Of a DNA stretch of 64,000 nucleotides, positions 21,577 to 31,900 are shown piece after piece. The stretch lies in contig CP182352.1 of NCBI GenBank assembly GCA_048571215.1, positions 3,456,001 to 3,520,000 of the forward strand. Direction: 5' to 3'. The translations under genes and the position numbers were made by a program. The notes below the pieces were generated by a model that saw nothing but the letters and a program-made list of their open reading frames with translations, made no database searches and was not told the origin of the DNA. Numbering within the stretch: position 1 is the first letter of the stretch; every line of letters starts with the position of its first letter. The stretch is from Halarcobacter sp. (GTDB lineage Bacteria > Campylobacterota > Campylobacteria > Campylobacterales > Arcobacteraceae).

Positions 21577-23274
21577 TTGTCTAAAAAAATTATTGAAGAA
21601 TTGATAAGTACTTTAAAAGAGTGTTTTAGAACTAATGGACTTGATGAAAATGAAGTAATCAAGCAAATTGAGTTTGCACATGATGGAAGTTATTTTAATT
21701 CGATGCTAATGCATGATAAAAATAGTTTTATGTATGCAGTTAAAGCATTAATTCAAAACAAAAATATGAAGAAGATTGTAATTTATCCATGTAACACTTA
21801 TTTAGAAAATATAATAGAGGTTTTTAAAGAGTATGAGCTTTTTTTATGTGATGATTATAAAGAGGGTGAGACACTTAATGGATATGAAGTTCATTCTACT
21901 GATATTATTAATAGGGAAAAATTTGATTTAGTACTTATTATTTCTTATCGAGATTTAGTTAGAGATAATTTATTAAATAAAGTGGAATCTAATGAAAATA
22001 TTTTTTGGATTTATGATGTTGTAAAGAAATATATTGAATTAGATACTAATATTTTTGATAAGTTAATGAAAAAGCCTTTTAATAATCATAAAGTAGAAAA
22101 AATATTAGATTTAGTAAAAAATTCAAAGAAACCAATAGTATCTATAAATGGTCTTTTATTTAATAATTATGGTCCAACCTATAGAGCTTTAGAAGAGAAG
22201 GGGTATGAACCGATTATTCTTACTCGAAACAGTTATCTATGTTATGCAAAACCAGGAAGTAATATTAATGAGTTTAATATAAAAAATACTTTTCAGTTAG
22301 AATTACTAGAGTTAATTTATATTGCAAAGCAGTTGAAAAATTGCCCTGTAGTTATTAATGATATCTCATTCTTGATTCCATCTTTTGATGCAAGCAAAGC
22401 TAGGGTTAACTTTGCTTTTGTTTTGTTTTTGTTAAAAATTATAGAGTCAAAAAAGTATTTGTTTTTATACGATGTTATTCATTCTGTAATGAAAAACCAT
22501 CAAGATGTTGATTCTTATTTTAGATTATATAAAGAGGTTTTGAATAGTAGTGATGGCTTGATTTGTAATTCAAATACAAAAGAAGTTCATAGTTCAATTA
22601 GATATGCATTAGATGTTAATAAGCCTATGATTTCATTTTATCGTTATAATGAGTATGTATCTAAGTTAAAGCCTAAGATTAATGATGATGAATTTCATAT
22701 GGTAATTATAGGTGGAATGGATGATAAGTTACGTGACTCAACACAAATGCTTAAAAAAATTTTATCTCAAAAGATACATGTACATAATTATGTGAACAAT
22801 AATGCAATAGTAGAGTTTTTAGAGATTTTGACAGATAGTGAAAAAGCTTATTTTCATAATCATGAATCAATTGTTTCTCAATCTGAGTTGATTGAAGAGA
22901 TTAGTCAATATCATGCAGGGTGGATAATGGATAATGGCTTTGAAGTTTTAAACATGATAAATAGTGCTTCAAGACTTGATTTTAAAGAGATGCTTATGAT
23001 GTTTAGATTAACAACAGTATCTTCAAGTTTGTTGGCTATAGCTTCAGCTGGTCTTCCAATGTTTATTAATAAAATGGTTGTACATGTTACATATCAATTT
23101 CCAAGTGAATATTTTATTCCTATTGAAGAGCCTGAAGTTCATAACTTTAAATTAATTGTTGATACTATAGATTGGCAAAAGCGTTATGATGTAACTCAGC
23201 AATATCGAGATTTATTTAGTATTGATAAAAATATAGATACATTTATAGATTGGATAGAGAATAATAATGTATGA
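21577..23274 (+). CDS. Putative glycosyltransferase (GT-B-like) with an N-terminal Rossmann-like module
   Basis: KKIVIYP...CDDYKEG...FDLVLIIS module; C-terminal ELIEEISQYHAGW...IASAGLPMFI resembles GT4-like donor-binding motifs. Confidence 0.5.
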   Translation: MSKKIIEELISTLKECFRTNGLDENEVIKQIEFAHDGSYFNSMLMHDKNSFMYAVKALIQNKNMKKIVIYPCNTYLENIIEVFKEYELFLCDDYKEGETLNGYEVHSTDIINREKFDLVLIISYRDLVRDNLLNKVESNENIFWIYDVVKKYIELDTNIFDKLMKKPFNNHKVEKILDLVKNSKKPIVSINGLLFNNYGPTYRALEEKGYEPIILTRNSYLCYAKPGSNINEFNIKNTFQLELLELIYIAKQLKNCPVVINDISFLIPSFDASKARVNFAFVLFLLKIIESKKYLFLYDVIHSVMKNHQDVDSYFRLYKEVLNSSDGLICNSNTKEVHSSIRYALDVNKPMISFYRYNEYVSKLKPKINDDEFHMVIIGGMDDKLRDSTQMLKKILSQKIHVHNYVNNNAIVEFLEILTDSEKAYFHNHESIVSQSELIEEISQYHAGWIMDNGFEVLNMINSASRLDFKEMLMMFRLTTVSSSLLAIASAGLPMFINKMVVHVTYQFPSEYFIPIEEPEVHNFKLIVDTIDWQKRYDVTQQYRDLFSIDKNIDTFIDWIENNNV

Positions 23275-24901
23275 TAAACTAGGGATACACTTTATTGTTC
23301 CTGTGTGGGGTGAAAGTTATACTGAACTTTTTCTTAAGTTTTGTCTACCCAGTCTTCTAGCTTCAAAGAACTTACCCTTTTTAGATAATAAGAATAATAT
23401 TTTTACAATTTGTACAGAAGAAGCTCAAAGTGAAACAATTATTGAAAATAAATACTATAAAAAGTTAACTGAACTCATGGAGGTAAACCTAGAGTTTATT
23501 GATGATATATTATTGCAAGAAGAAGCTTACAGTAGTGAGTTTAGGTGTCAAAATCATTTTAAGAAAATGACAAAAGCACATAATAGAGCAATCAAATTAT
23601 CGAAAGATAGAGAGATTATTTATTCATTTATTATGCCTGATAATATTTTTTATGATGGGTCTATTTCTAATGTAGTTAAACTTATTGATGATTCAACACA
23701 GGTTGTTTATGCATATGGTTTACATATTAATGAAGAAGAATTGTATGAAAGTTTAGAACAACTTGATGTAATTGATGAAGGGATAATTAACATTGATGGA
23801 TTTAGTTTGGCTTCTTTATCATCAAAAAGATTACATATAGCCTCATCAAAGTCTTTAATAGACTCTAAACCTTTCTTACCAAATGGTAATCTATTTTTGA
23901 AAGAAAAAAATCAGATGTTATTAAAGTTATGTTATCTACATCCATTTTTGGTTCTCCCTAAAAAAAAGGGAATGTTTATACCTCCTGATTCTACTTTTGA
24001 TGATGGAGATTATGTCAATAAGTCTAGTACTAAAAATAAACAAAAGAAGATTTTAGATTCTAGAGTTTTTTTTATGTATTCAATTGATAGTAAAGAGAAT
24101 AAAAAAGATTTGTCAAAATATTATGTTAGTATGTTTAATATTTTTGAACAAGCTTCACGTATTAAGAATATAGATGTCCAATATCAAGATAATTTAGATT
24201 CTACATGTATTCTTTATTTTAATGAAGAAAAGTTAAATGAAAAAACTTTAGAAGAATTTAACTCTTTGGGTATGATGTTACTTTTTTTAATAAAAAATAG
24301 TGATTATATTCCCAATATTCAGGATTTAAAAGTTCAAATAATCACATCGAATAACCCTTTTACAACTTATTTAGATATCCTTCAAAATTTTATAAAAATT
24401 TTGAAGAAAATAGTCAAGTCAGATATGGATAAAAATATTAAGATTTATTATGAAAATGTATTATATAGTTTTGAACAATTAAAAGAGAATTCAAGTATTG
24501 AATCTAATCCTTTTAAGGTATTAAAATTGATAGAAAACCTCTTTGATATATTAAATTTTAATCAAGAAACAAATATATTTCAGATTAAAGAACTTCAAGA
24601 AAAAATAAAGAAAGTTGAAACAATCTTAGTCAAACATACAAAAGTGTCTTTATATGCTGCAGGAGATGATACTCTTATATTATGTTCATTATTATCTTCC
24701 TTAAAAGGTATTGAAACTATTTATGATGAGAATATAGAAAAAGTTGGAACTAAAATAAAGGGTATTAAAGTTCAACCTTTTATAGAAGAGAAGATAAAAA
24801 ACGAGGTAATTATTATATCTTCTTCTTTGCATGAAGATAAAATTTATGAAAAATTAGTAAAATATGATGGATTGACATTATATAAATTGAATAAGATATA
24901 A
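23267..24901 (+). CDS. Hypothetical glycan-modification protein (GT-A-like N-terminus, Rossmann-like C-terminal module)
   Basis: HFIVPVWGESY...CLPSLLA and PDNIFYDG; C-terminal VSLYAAG...IYDEN..KVG..IKGIKV...IIISS. Confidence 0.5.
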   Translation: MYDKLGIHFIVPVWGESYTELFLKFCLPSLLASKNLPFLDNKNNIFTICTEEAQSETIIENKYYKKLTELMEVNLEFIDDILLQEEAYSSEFRCQNHFKKMTKAHNRAIKLSKDREIIYSFIMPDNIFYDGSISNVVKLIDDSTQVVYAYGLHINEEELYESLEQLDVIDEGIINIDGFSLASLSSKRLHIASSKSLIDSKPFLPNGNLFLKEKNQMLLKLCYLHPFLVLPKKKGMFIPPDSTFDDGDYVNKSSTKNKQKKILDSRVFFMYSIDSKENKKDLSKYYVSMFNIFEQASRIKNIDVQYQDNLDSTCILYFNEEKLNEKTLEEFNSLGMMLLFLIKNSDYIPNIQDLKVQIITSNNPFTTYLDILQNFIKILKKIVKSDMDKNIKIYYENVLYSFEQLKENSSIESNPFKVLKLIENLFDILNFNQETNIFQIKELQEKIKKVETILVKHTKVSLYAAGDDTLILCSLLSSLKGIETIYDENIEKVGTKIKGIKVQPFIEEKIKNEVIIISSSLHEDKIYEKLVKYDGLTLYKLNKI

Positions 24902-24915
24902 GAAAGGTAATAAGT

Positions 24916-26409
24916 ATGAGTCTGCTAGAAAAAGTTAGCTATTTAATGACAGCAAAAAAATTAAAAGTAGAAGGTCAACCTGATTTAGTAAATAAAATAT
25001 CTTATTATATATCAAATTATTTAAATCCTAATATAAACTTTATTGAAGGTGAATCAAATATATTAGTTATTAAAGATATCACTACTTTTGAAGATTATGT
25101 AAATAAAATTGAAGATGATAATTGTATCTATGTTATTGATTTGTCAATTGTTTCAATTATTTATAATAAATTTCCATTGCTTTATATTCAATTTGAAGAG
25201 AAAATGAAAGAGTATCTAAAAAATAATGACATTGATAAAAAATTGATTAAGTTTATATATGCAGATATTTTTAAAGAAGTTATTTTAGAAAGCTTTGAAA
25301 TATTCAGTATAAATACAGATAATAAAAATTTTAAAATTGATAAACAACAAGTTAGGTGTGCTTGGCCATGGTACAATATGTACATTCGTGGAAATACTTT
25401 GGAGTGGTGTTGTGGTTATTCCCATACTCAAGAAAAACAGACTTGGGATGAAAATACAGGTAAACTTAATATATTAAAAGAATGGAGTAGTGAACCTTTC
25501 CAGAAAGTAAGAGATGTACTTACAACAAAAGATACTGAAGCTAATTGTAGTAAGTGTCATAATTTATATTTTGAACAGTTTTTTCCTTATATCTTTGATT
25601 TTTTATCTCTTAACAAAGAACAACAAGAAAATGTAAATAAAGTAATTTATAACTATTGGATGAAGAATAAAGTTTTAGATTCATATCCTATTCGATATGA
25701 GATTATTACTAGTTATAAATGTAATATTAATTGTATTATGTGTAATCAAGAGGAGTACAATAAGTTAAAATATGAACTACCTGTTTCTGTTATTTTAGAT
25801 AACAAGAAAAACTTTCAAAAAGCAGTAGATATAAGTCTTTTAGGAGGTGAATTTTTTGCTATAAAGAATGCAAAAGAAATATTAGAAATTTTTGCTTCGA
25901 AAGATTTTGAGAATGTAAGGTTCTTATTTATTACTAATGGAACTTTAATTCATAGATATTTTGACCAATTAAAAAAGTTGAAGAATATTATAATTAGTTT
26001 TAGTTTAGACACTATAGGTGAAAATTATGAGTATATTAGAGAAGGTGCAAACTGGAATAAAGTGGAAAAAAATATTTTAGATTTTCTTGAGATGTATAAA
26101 GAGGAAAAGATTAAAAATCCTTCTTTAAATTGGCAAATTCAATCACCTTCAATTATGATGAAAAGTAGTGTTAAAAGCTTATTAGAATATGTTAAGTGGT
26201 GTATTGAACATAATATACAACCAGCATTTATTAAGTTAGAACCTTATGGTGTTAATGTGGATCAAGAGGATATATTCAGAAATAAGAGATTATTAAATGA
26301 AATAGAAGAGTGGGAAAACATTTTTGAAGAAAGTTTATTTTTACTAAAAGAAAAACATTTTTATCACTCGTTTAATACACTAAATGAAATTTATAAACAG
26401 TTGAAATAA
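24916..26409 (+). CDS. Radical SAM protein with a twitch/SPASM-like domain N-terminal to the core
   Basis: CAWPW...WCC...WSSEPFQKVR...CSKC precedes CNINCIMC, LGGEF, ITNG and SLD...YEYIREGANW. Confidence 0.88.
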   Translation: MSLLEKVSYLMTAKKLKVEGQPDLVNKISYYISNYLNPNINFIEGESNILVIKDITTFEDYVNKIEDDNCIYVIDLSIVSIIYNKFPLLYIQFEEKMKEYLKNNDIDKKLIKFIYADIFKEVILESFEIFSINTDNKNFKIDKQQVRCAWPWYNMYIRGNTLEWCCGYSHTQEKQTWDENTGKLNILKEWSSEPFQKVRDVLTTKDTEANCSKCHNLYFEQFFPYIFDFLSLNKEQQENVNKVIYNYWMKNKVLDSYPIRYEIITSYKCNINCIMCNQEEYNKLKYELPVSVILDNKKNFQKAVDISLLGGEFFAIKNAKEILEIFASKDFENVRFLFITNGTLIHRYFDQLKKLKNIIISFSLDTIGENYEYIREGANWNKVEKNILDFLEMYKEEKIKNPSLNWQIQSPSIMMKSSVKSLLEYVKWCIEHNIQPAFIKLEPYGVNVDQEDIFRNKRLLNEIEEWENIFEESLFLLKEKHFYHSFNTLNEIYKQLK

Positions 26410-28017
26410 ATGCATTATAAATATATACAGTCATGGTTGATACATTTTAAGAATTTTTTTTTAAATCAAGAAATTTTTTCAAATCGTTATAGTGCTTTTT
26501 TTTATGAGTTATTTCATTTATCTTCTATGAAAAACAAAAAAATTGCATTTATTCCTTCAGGTAATTTTATAAAAGAATTCTCAGAACAGTTTCAGTCCCC
26601 TAATTTTTTTTATTTTGATGATGTGAAAAAGGATATGGATAATTTTTATTTATTTGATAGCAATAAATTTTACGAAATGGATTATATAATAATTACATCA
26701 AAAAAATTTGAAAAAATAATTATTGAGAAAATCCCTAAAAATTTATATTTCAAAGTATATAAATTTGGAGATTTTGTCGAACTTGATAGGTTTGATAATT
26801 TAATTCATAAAACAATTTCAAATTATCAATTTTTAAAATTTTTAATTTTTTTTAAAAATTTTCATAGGTCAAATATTCAGTCTTTAGTAGATAAAAATAA
26901 AAGAATTATGTTTGTACGACAAAACTATTATTCTGATGTAAATGATAAGGTCAATATTATTAAAGATGTTTTAGATTGTAATGTTATTGTTGAAAATAAT
27001 CAAGTAAATAAATCAATTAAAGTTAATTATGGACATATAAATAGTAGATTAAAAGATATAACAATACTTTTTTTAAAACTTAAAAGAAATGAAAAAGCTA
27101 TTATATTCTTTATCCCTATTATAATGGATGGATATGGATTATCTTATTGTTTGAAAAAACATTTTAAAAATGTACAGATGATTTTAAATATGACTGATTA
27201 TATATGGCATTTATGTTCATATAAATATAGAGAACTATTAGCTTTTAATCATAATTGGAGTTTAGATTATGTAGAGTCAGAGTATTACTTTGCAAAACTT
27301 ATACAAAGTCAACATATAGTTGATGTAATAATCCATAGGCATGGAGAACTTCCTTTTTCATGGGCAAAAAATTATCAAACTCCAAACCTTTATTTTCCTC
27401 CTTATCAAAGACAATATAGTTTAAAGCCCACCGTGTCAAATGGAAAAAAATTATTATTCATTGGTACAATTCATTCTAAAAATTATGATAATAAACTTTA
27501 TAGTTCTATTTTTTTAGAGGAGTTGTTTAAAAAATTTATTGATAAAGGATTTAGTATAGATTTATATTATTCAAAAGGTTATGAACAACATGCTTTAGCT
27601 TATAGTAAATATATAAATTCAGATAAATTTAAAACTTTTGAAGGAAAATCACTAGACATATTATTACCAGAGATTAATGGTATTTATGACTGGGGATTAA
27701 TTTTAAATGATTTAAGCAAGGATATTGAAAAAATAAATCAGAATCTTTTATATACTATACCTACAAAAATTTTTACATATGCAGCAATAAATTTGCCTAT
27801 ATTATATATTGGAGATGAAAAAGATTGTTCGAAATATTTAATAGAAGCAGCAGGAATAGGAAAAGTAATTAATGGAGATTTAAATAATTTAAGTCATATT
27901 ATAAATGATACTGGAATAAATGTTATTAAAGATAACATAGTTACATTTAATAAACATAATAATTTAATATCTAAAAAAGACAAATTAGAAGCTTTTATAA
28001 GGGAGTTTATATTATGA
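26410..28017 (+). CDS. Putative glycosyltransferase (GT-B-like) with an N-terminal Rossmann-like module
   Basis: KKIAFIPSG...FDD...DYIIITS module; C-terminal LLFIGTI, YDWGLI and IPTKIFTYAAINLPIL. Confidence 0.55.
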   Translation: MHYKYIQSWLIHFKNFFLNQEIFSNRYSAFFYELFHLSSMKNKKIAFIPSGNFIKEFSEQFQSPNFFYFDDVKKDMDNFYLFDSNKFYEMDYIIITSKKFEKIIIEKIPKNLYFKVYKFGDFVELDRFDNLIHKTISNYQFLKFLIFFKNFHRSNIQSLVDKNKRIMFVRQNYYSDVNDKVNIIKDVLDCNVIVENNQVNKSIKVNYGHINSRLKDITILFLKLKRNEKAIIFFIPIIMDGYGLSYCLKKHFKNVQMILNMTDYIWHLCSYKYRELLAFNHNWSLDYVESEYYFAKLIQSQHIVDVIIHRHGELPFSWAKNYQTPNLYFPPYQRQYSLKPTVSNGKKLLFIGTIHSKNYDNKLYSSIFLEELFKKFIDKGFSIDLYYSKGYEQHALAYSKYINSDKFKTFEGKSLDILLPEINGIYDWGLILNDLSKDIEKINQNLLYTIPTKIFTYAAINLPILYIGDEKDCSKYLIEAAGIGKVINGDLNNLSHIINDTGINVIKDNIVTFNKHNNLISKKDKLEAFIREFIL

Positions 28018-28733
28018 ATAAGCATGATTACATTAAAATAGTAGATTCATTGATTAAAAGGAAAAGTGCAACTATAGTTGATGGAATTCAATATCGAAAA
28101 AACTTAGGAATCAAAGAAAAATATTTAATTAGTTCTGATACTTTGATTGATCATAAACATATTGAGTTAGTAGTAAATATTGTTTTGAATCTACCTGATA
28201 CAAAATATATTAGTGTTGATACTAATATAAATCTTAAAAATTATGTGTTAACTTTATCAAAAAATGATCAAGAGAGATTTTTATTTCTTGAAGAAGTTAA
28301 TAGATTTAAATATATTAAATGTTTAGATTTTTATTTATATTTCTTTGAATACGATGCTTTTGAGTTTTTATATGATTATGATGTAATGCTGATAAATGTA
28401 TTAGATGAATCATATCATAAAACAAGAGAAGAAATTGCAGTAGAATACTCTAAGAATCATGAAGAGTTTGATAAAAAACTTTTTAATAAAGAAAACTACC
28501 TTAAATATTGTATGGATTTTTATGGGAAATATGCAGGATTTAATATTAAAGATATCCAGTTTTTATATGAACATAAAGAATATAAGGGGTATAAATTTAT
28601 TGCAAAATTTATTGAGTTTTCGATGTATGATAATATTTTATACACAAGACAATTAAATCTTCATCGATTAAATAAAATTAAATTAAGAAAATCTCATTCG
28701 AAAGAGGAATTATGCTTTTTAGATATATTATAA
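28014..28733 (+). CDS. Hypothetical protein
   Basis: 239-aa ORF with an ATGA overlap to the upstream gene and a GGGAG RBS; no motif recognised. Confidence 0.6.
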   Translation: MNKHDYIKIVDSLIKRKSATIVDGIQYRKNLGIKEKYLISSDTLIDHKHIELVVNIVLNLPDTKYISVDTNINLKNYVLTLSKNDQERFLFLEEVNRFKYIKCLDFYLYFFEYDAFEFLYDYDVMLINVLDESYHKTREEIAVEYSKNHEEFDKKLFNKENYLKYCMDFYGKYAGFNIKDIQFLYEHKEYKGYKFIAKFIEFSMYDNILYTRQLNLHRLNKIKLRKSHSKEELCFLDIL

Positions 28734-28761
28734 ACAAATTAAAAAGTTATAAGGTTAAATA

Positions 28762-30354
28762 ATGAATAAAAATGTATGTGCTGCATGTAATGGAAAAGAG
28801 TTTCAAGTTGTAACTTCTCAATTTAAAAAAGTAAAGAATGAAAAATTTATAGTTGAAGATGAATCTCTTTATCAATGTAATAAATGTGGGACGTTAAATG
28901 CTTTACCAATAAAAGAGTTTGATTTTGAAAAAGATGGAGATAGGTATTATAGTCAAATGAGACTTTCCCATGAGGAGAAAGACGGATTATTAGAGCATAT
29001 CAAATTATCGCAAGTTCCTAAATATGATTTTTTAAGAGATAATGTTTTAAGTAAAAAATTCAAAAATTATAAAAAGTGGTTAGATGTTGGTTCTTGTGGT
29101 TATGCAACAACTTTTAGTAAGTTTGATTTTACAACTATAGAACCTGATAAGCAAATGGTTTCTTTAGCAAAAGAGTTATTTGATTGTAATAAGATATTTT
29201 GCTCAGATTTGATTAGTTTTAATTGTTTAGAGAAGTTTGATGCAATTTTATTTAATCATTCATTTTATTGTGTAGCTAATACAACAGATACTTTACAAAA
29301 AATTAATCAATTATTAAATAATCAGGGTATAGTTTTAATTGGAATTGGACATATTTTTATGGATGCAGTTTTTACGCAAGATGCTATAATAAGATCTGTA
29401 GAGGATATTTTTGTAGGGGAAACTCATAAGGTGTATTATTCAAAAGAGAGTTTGGAGTACCTTTTTCAACGATTTTCATATACTTTAATTGATGATTTAA
29501 TAGTGAAACATAATATTCCTGTACATGGATCGTGCTCAAGATATCTTGTTTTTAAAAAAGGTAATGTTTATATTGATGAAAAGTTAATAAAAAAATCTAA
29601 AATAAAGATTGAAGAAACACTAAAATATTATCTTCAAAAGTTTGAAGTGGATGCAAAAAAACAGTTTAAAAAATTTAATAATAAAAAAACAGTTTTTATT
29701 GGAAATAAAAATTTATTTTTTGAGGCTTTTGAGTACTTTGATCTAAAAAATATTTTTGGTTTTATTTCTTATGGTGAAGATTTAAATGATGTTCAGATAA
29801 ATAATGTAAAATTTCTTAGCATTGACTATTTAAAGAGTAAAGATATTGAAAATATTGTAATCCTAGATTTAAAATATACTAATGATATTTTACAATTATT
29901 GGAAAATAAACTGGACGTATATCATAGTATAAATATACTTTCAAGAACAATTACTTCTAACACACTTTTTAGTGAAATAAAATCTAGAAGAAGAGTTAAT
30001 AATGATTTCTTTTTTCAAACATATAGTACATTTTTAAATAAAATATATACAAAAATAAAAGAAGCAATAAAAGACAAACAAGAAAAAGTTGCAATTTTTG
30101 GTACAGCAAATGCAGGAAAAATTGCTTATGAGGTTTGCAAAAAGCTAAATTTAGAAATAGAATGTTTTATTGATGATTTTAATAAGAGTGAATTATATGG
30201 TAATACTGAAATCCCAATTATTTCTAGAAATAAATTTTTAAAAGAAAAGTCAAATATTGTAAGTATAATTATTAAAGGTCCTAATCAAAAAGGTTTGGAT
30301 GAAGTTCAATTAAATGGTATTAACATTATAGAGGTCGAGAATTATGCTGATTAA
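28762..30354 (+). CDS. Zn-ribbon class I methyltransferase with C-terminal Rossmann-like modules
   Basis: CAAC and CNKC, WLDVGSCG, IEPD and FDAILFNHSF; C-terminal KVAIFGTANAG...FIDD. Confidence 0.78.
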   Translation: MNKNVCAACNGKEFQVVTSQFKKVKNEKFIVEDESLYQCNKCGTLNALPIKEFDFEKDGDRYYSQMRLSHEEKDGLLEHIKLSQVPKYDFLRDNVLSKKFKNYKKWLDVGSCGYATTFSKFDFTTIEPDKQMVSLAKELFDCNKIFCSDLISFNCLEKFDAILFNHSFYCVANTTDTLQKINQLLNNQGIVLIGIGHIFMDAVFTQDAIIRSVEDIFVGETHKVYYSKESLEYLFQRFSYTLIDDLIVKHNIPVHGSCSRYLVFKKGNVYIDEKLIKKSKIKIEETLKYYLQKFEVDAKKQFKKFNNKKTVFIGNKNLFFEAFEYFDLKNIFGFISYGEDLNDVQINNVKFLSIDYLKSKDIENIVILDLKYTNDILQLLENKLDVYHSINILSRTITSNTLFSEIKSRRRVNNDFFFQTYSTFLNKIYTKIKEAIKDKQEKVAIFGTANAGKIAYEVCKKLNLEIECFIDDFNKSELYGNTEIPIISRNKFLKEKSNIVSIIIKGPNQKGLDEVQLNGINIIEVENYAD

Positions 30355-31216
30355 TGAATTTGGATTATATGGATTAATTGGTCGTGCAGGTACTACTTTA
30401 ATTAGGAATCAGTTAGGAAAATATAATAATATAATGTGTTTAACAACTGATATGCAGATAAAACTTTTAATGAATAATTATACTGAAATTAAAATTTCAA
30501 CCTATATAATTAATGAATATAGTGATTATGATATAAAGAATCAATTTTCTAAATATAAATTTGATTATAAACAGGTAGATAAATTATTTTATAAATTGCC
30601 ATTATACCAAGTGTTAAATAAAAGCTCTTTAGAGTATTGTAATCGAATTAAGCCAATATTTGTTATTAGGAACCCAGTACATACTGTTTATTCATCTTCA
30701 AAGCAATCTTTTTTGAATGATTCCGAAGATTTGGATATTATTAAAGAAATGATTTTAGAATCATGCACATTACTAAAAATCAAAATGCCAAAAGTGTATT
30801 TAGAAGATTTTAAAAGATATTCTAATGATATTTTACTAAAAAATGCTGTTTTGTTTAAAATGAGTTTTTTTTTATATCAAGAATATTTTAAAAAGTTCTA
30901 TAAAGATAATATTCTATTTTTATGTTTTGAGGATTTTTTAGATAATCCTTATGAAAATATGAAATTGATATTGGATTTCTCAAATGTACAATATAATAAA
31001 GATCAAATAAATAAAAAATTAAATGAATTGTTTTACGATGAGGTTATAGAAGAGGGAGGTATTCTTATGTCTGAGAATTTAAAAAAATCAAAAAAAATTA
31101 TTATTAATGATAAGTTTGAAAGAATTTTTAAGTATTTAGAAAATGAAATGAACTACTTTGGATATTCTTTAGATAATACTATTTATCCTAAATCAAAGAT
31201 TCTGCAAGAAATTTAA
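30344..31216 (+). CDS. Sulfotransferase-family protein
   Basis: GRAGTTLI (5'-PSB-like), IRNPVHTVYS (3'-PB-like), FEDFLDNP and MNYFGY. Confidence 0.72.
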   Translation: MLINEFGLYGLIGRAGTTLIRNQLGKYNNIMCLTTDMQIKLLMNNYTEIKISTYIINEYSDYDIKNQFSKYKFDYKQVDKLFYKLPLYQVLNKSSLEYCNRIKPIFVIRNPVHTVYSSSKQSFLNDSEDLDIIKEMILESCTLLKIKMPKVYLEDFKRYSNDILLKNAVLFKMSFFLYQEYFKKFYKDNILFLCFEDFLDNPYENMKLILDFSNVQYNKDQINKKLNELFYDEVIEEGGILMSENLKKSKKIIINDKFERIFKYLENEMNYFGYSLDNTIYPKSKILQEI

Positions 31217-31228
31217 AAGGAAAAAAAG

Positions 31229-31897
31229 ATGACAAAAGAACCACAATATGGGATATTTATTGATGAATTTAAAGAAAATGGTGCTGTGATATTAGGTCCG
31301 ATGTCCTCTTATATGGCTCGTCATGATCCTAAAATGATGGCAATTAAGCTATCTAGATATAAGTTTATTGCGAAAATGCTTTCTGGAAAAAATGATGTAT
31401 TAGAAATAGGCTGTGGTGATAGTTTTGGTAGTACAATAGTAAAAGATGAAGTGAAAAACTTAACTTGTACTGATTTTGATCCTTTGTGGATTAATTATTG
31501 TAAGCAGATAAATAATAATGAGATTAAATTCAAATTATTGAATGTGATTGATGATAAAATAGATGAAAAGTATGATGCCGTTTTTTCTATGGATGTTTTT
31601 GAACATATTTTACCAAAAGATGAAAAGAAGTTTATTCATGGAGTGATTAATTGTTTAAAAGATAGGGATAGTGTATGTATTATTGGCATTCCTAGTTTAG
31701 AAAGTCAAAACTATACTTCTCAAATTAATAAAGAAGGACATGTAAATTGTAAAACAGGAGATGATTTAAAGAGTTTATTATTAGAATATTTCAATAATGT
31801 ATTTATTTTTTCTTCAAATGATGAAGTAGTTCATACTGGATATTTTAAAATGGCACATTATTTAATAGCGGTTTGTTGTGGAGTTAAAAGATTATAA
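31229..31897 (+). CDS. Class I SAM-dependent methyltransferase
   Basis: RYKFIAKML, VLEIGCGDSFG, YDAVFSMDVFEHI and GHVNCK. Confidence 0.9.
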   Translation: MTKEPQYGIFIDEFKENGAVILGPMSSYMARHDPKMMAIKLSRYKFIAKMLSGKNDVLEIGCGDSFGSTIVKDEVKNLTCTDFDPLWINYCKQINNNEIKFKLLNVIDDKIDEKYDAVFSMDVFEHILPKDEKKFIHGVINCLKDRDSVCIIGIPSLESQNYTSQINKEGHVNCKTGDDLKSLLLEYFNNVFIFSSNDEVVHTGYFKMAHYLIAVCCGVKRL

Positions 31898-31900
31898 AAT

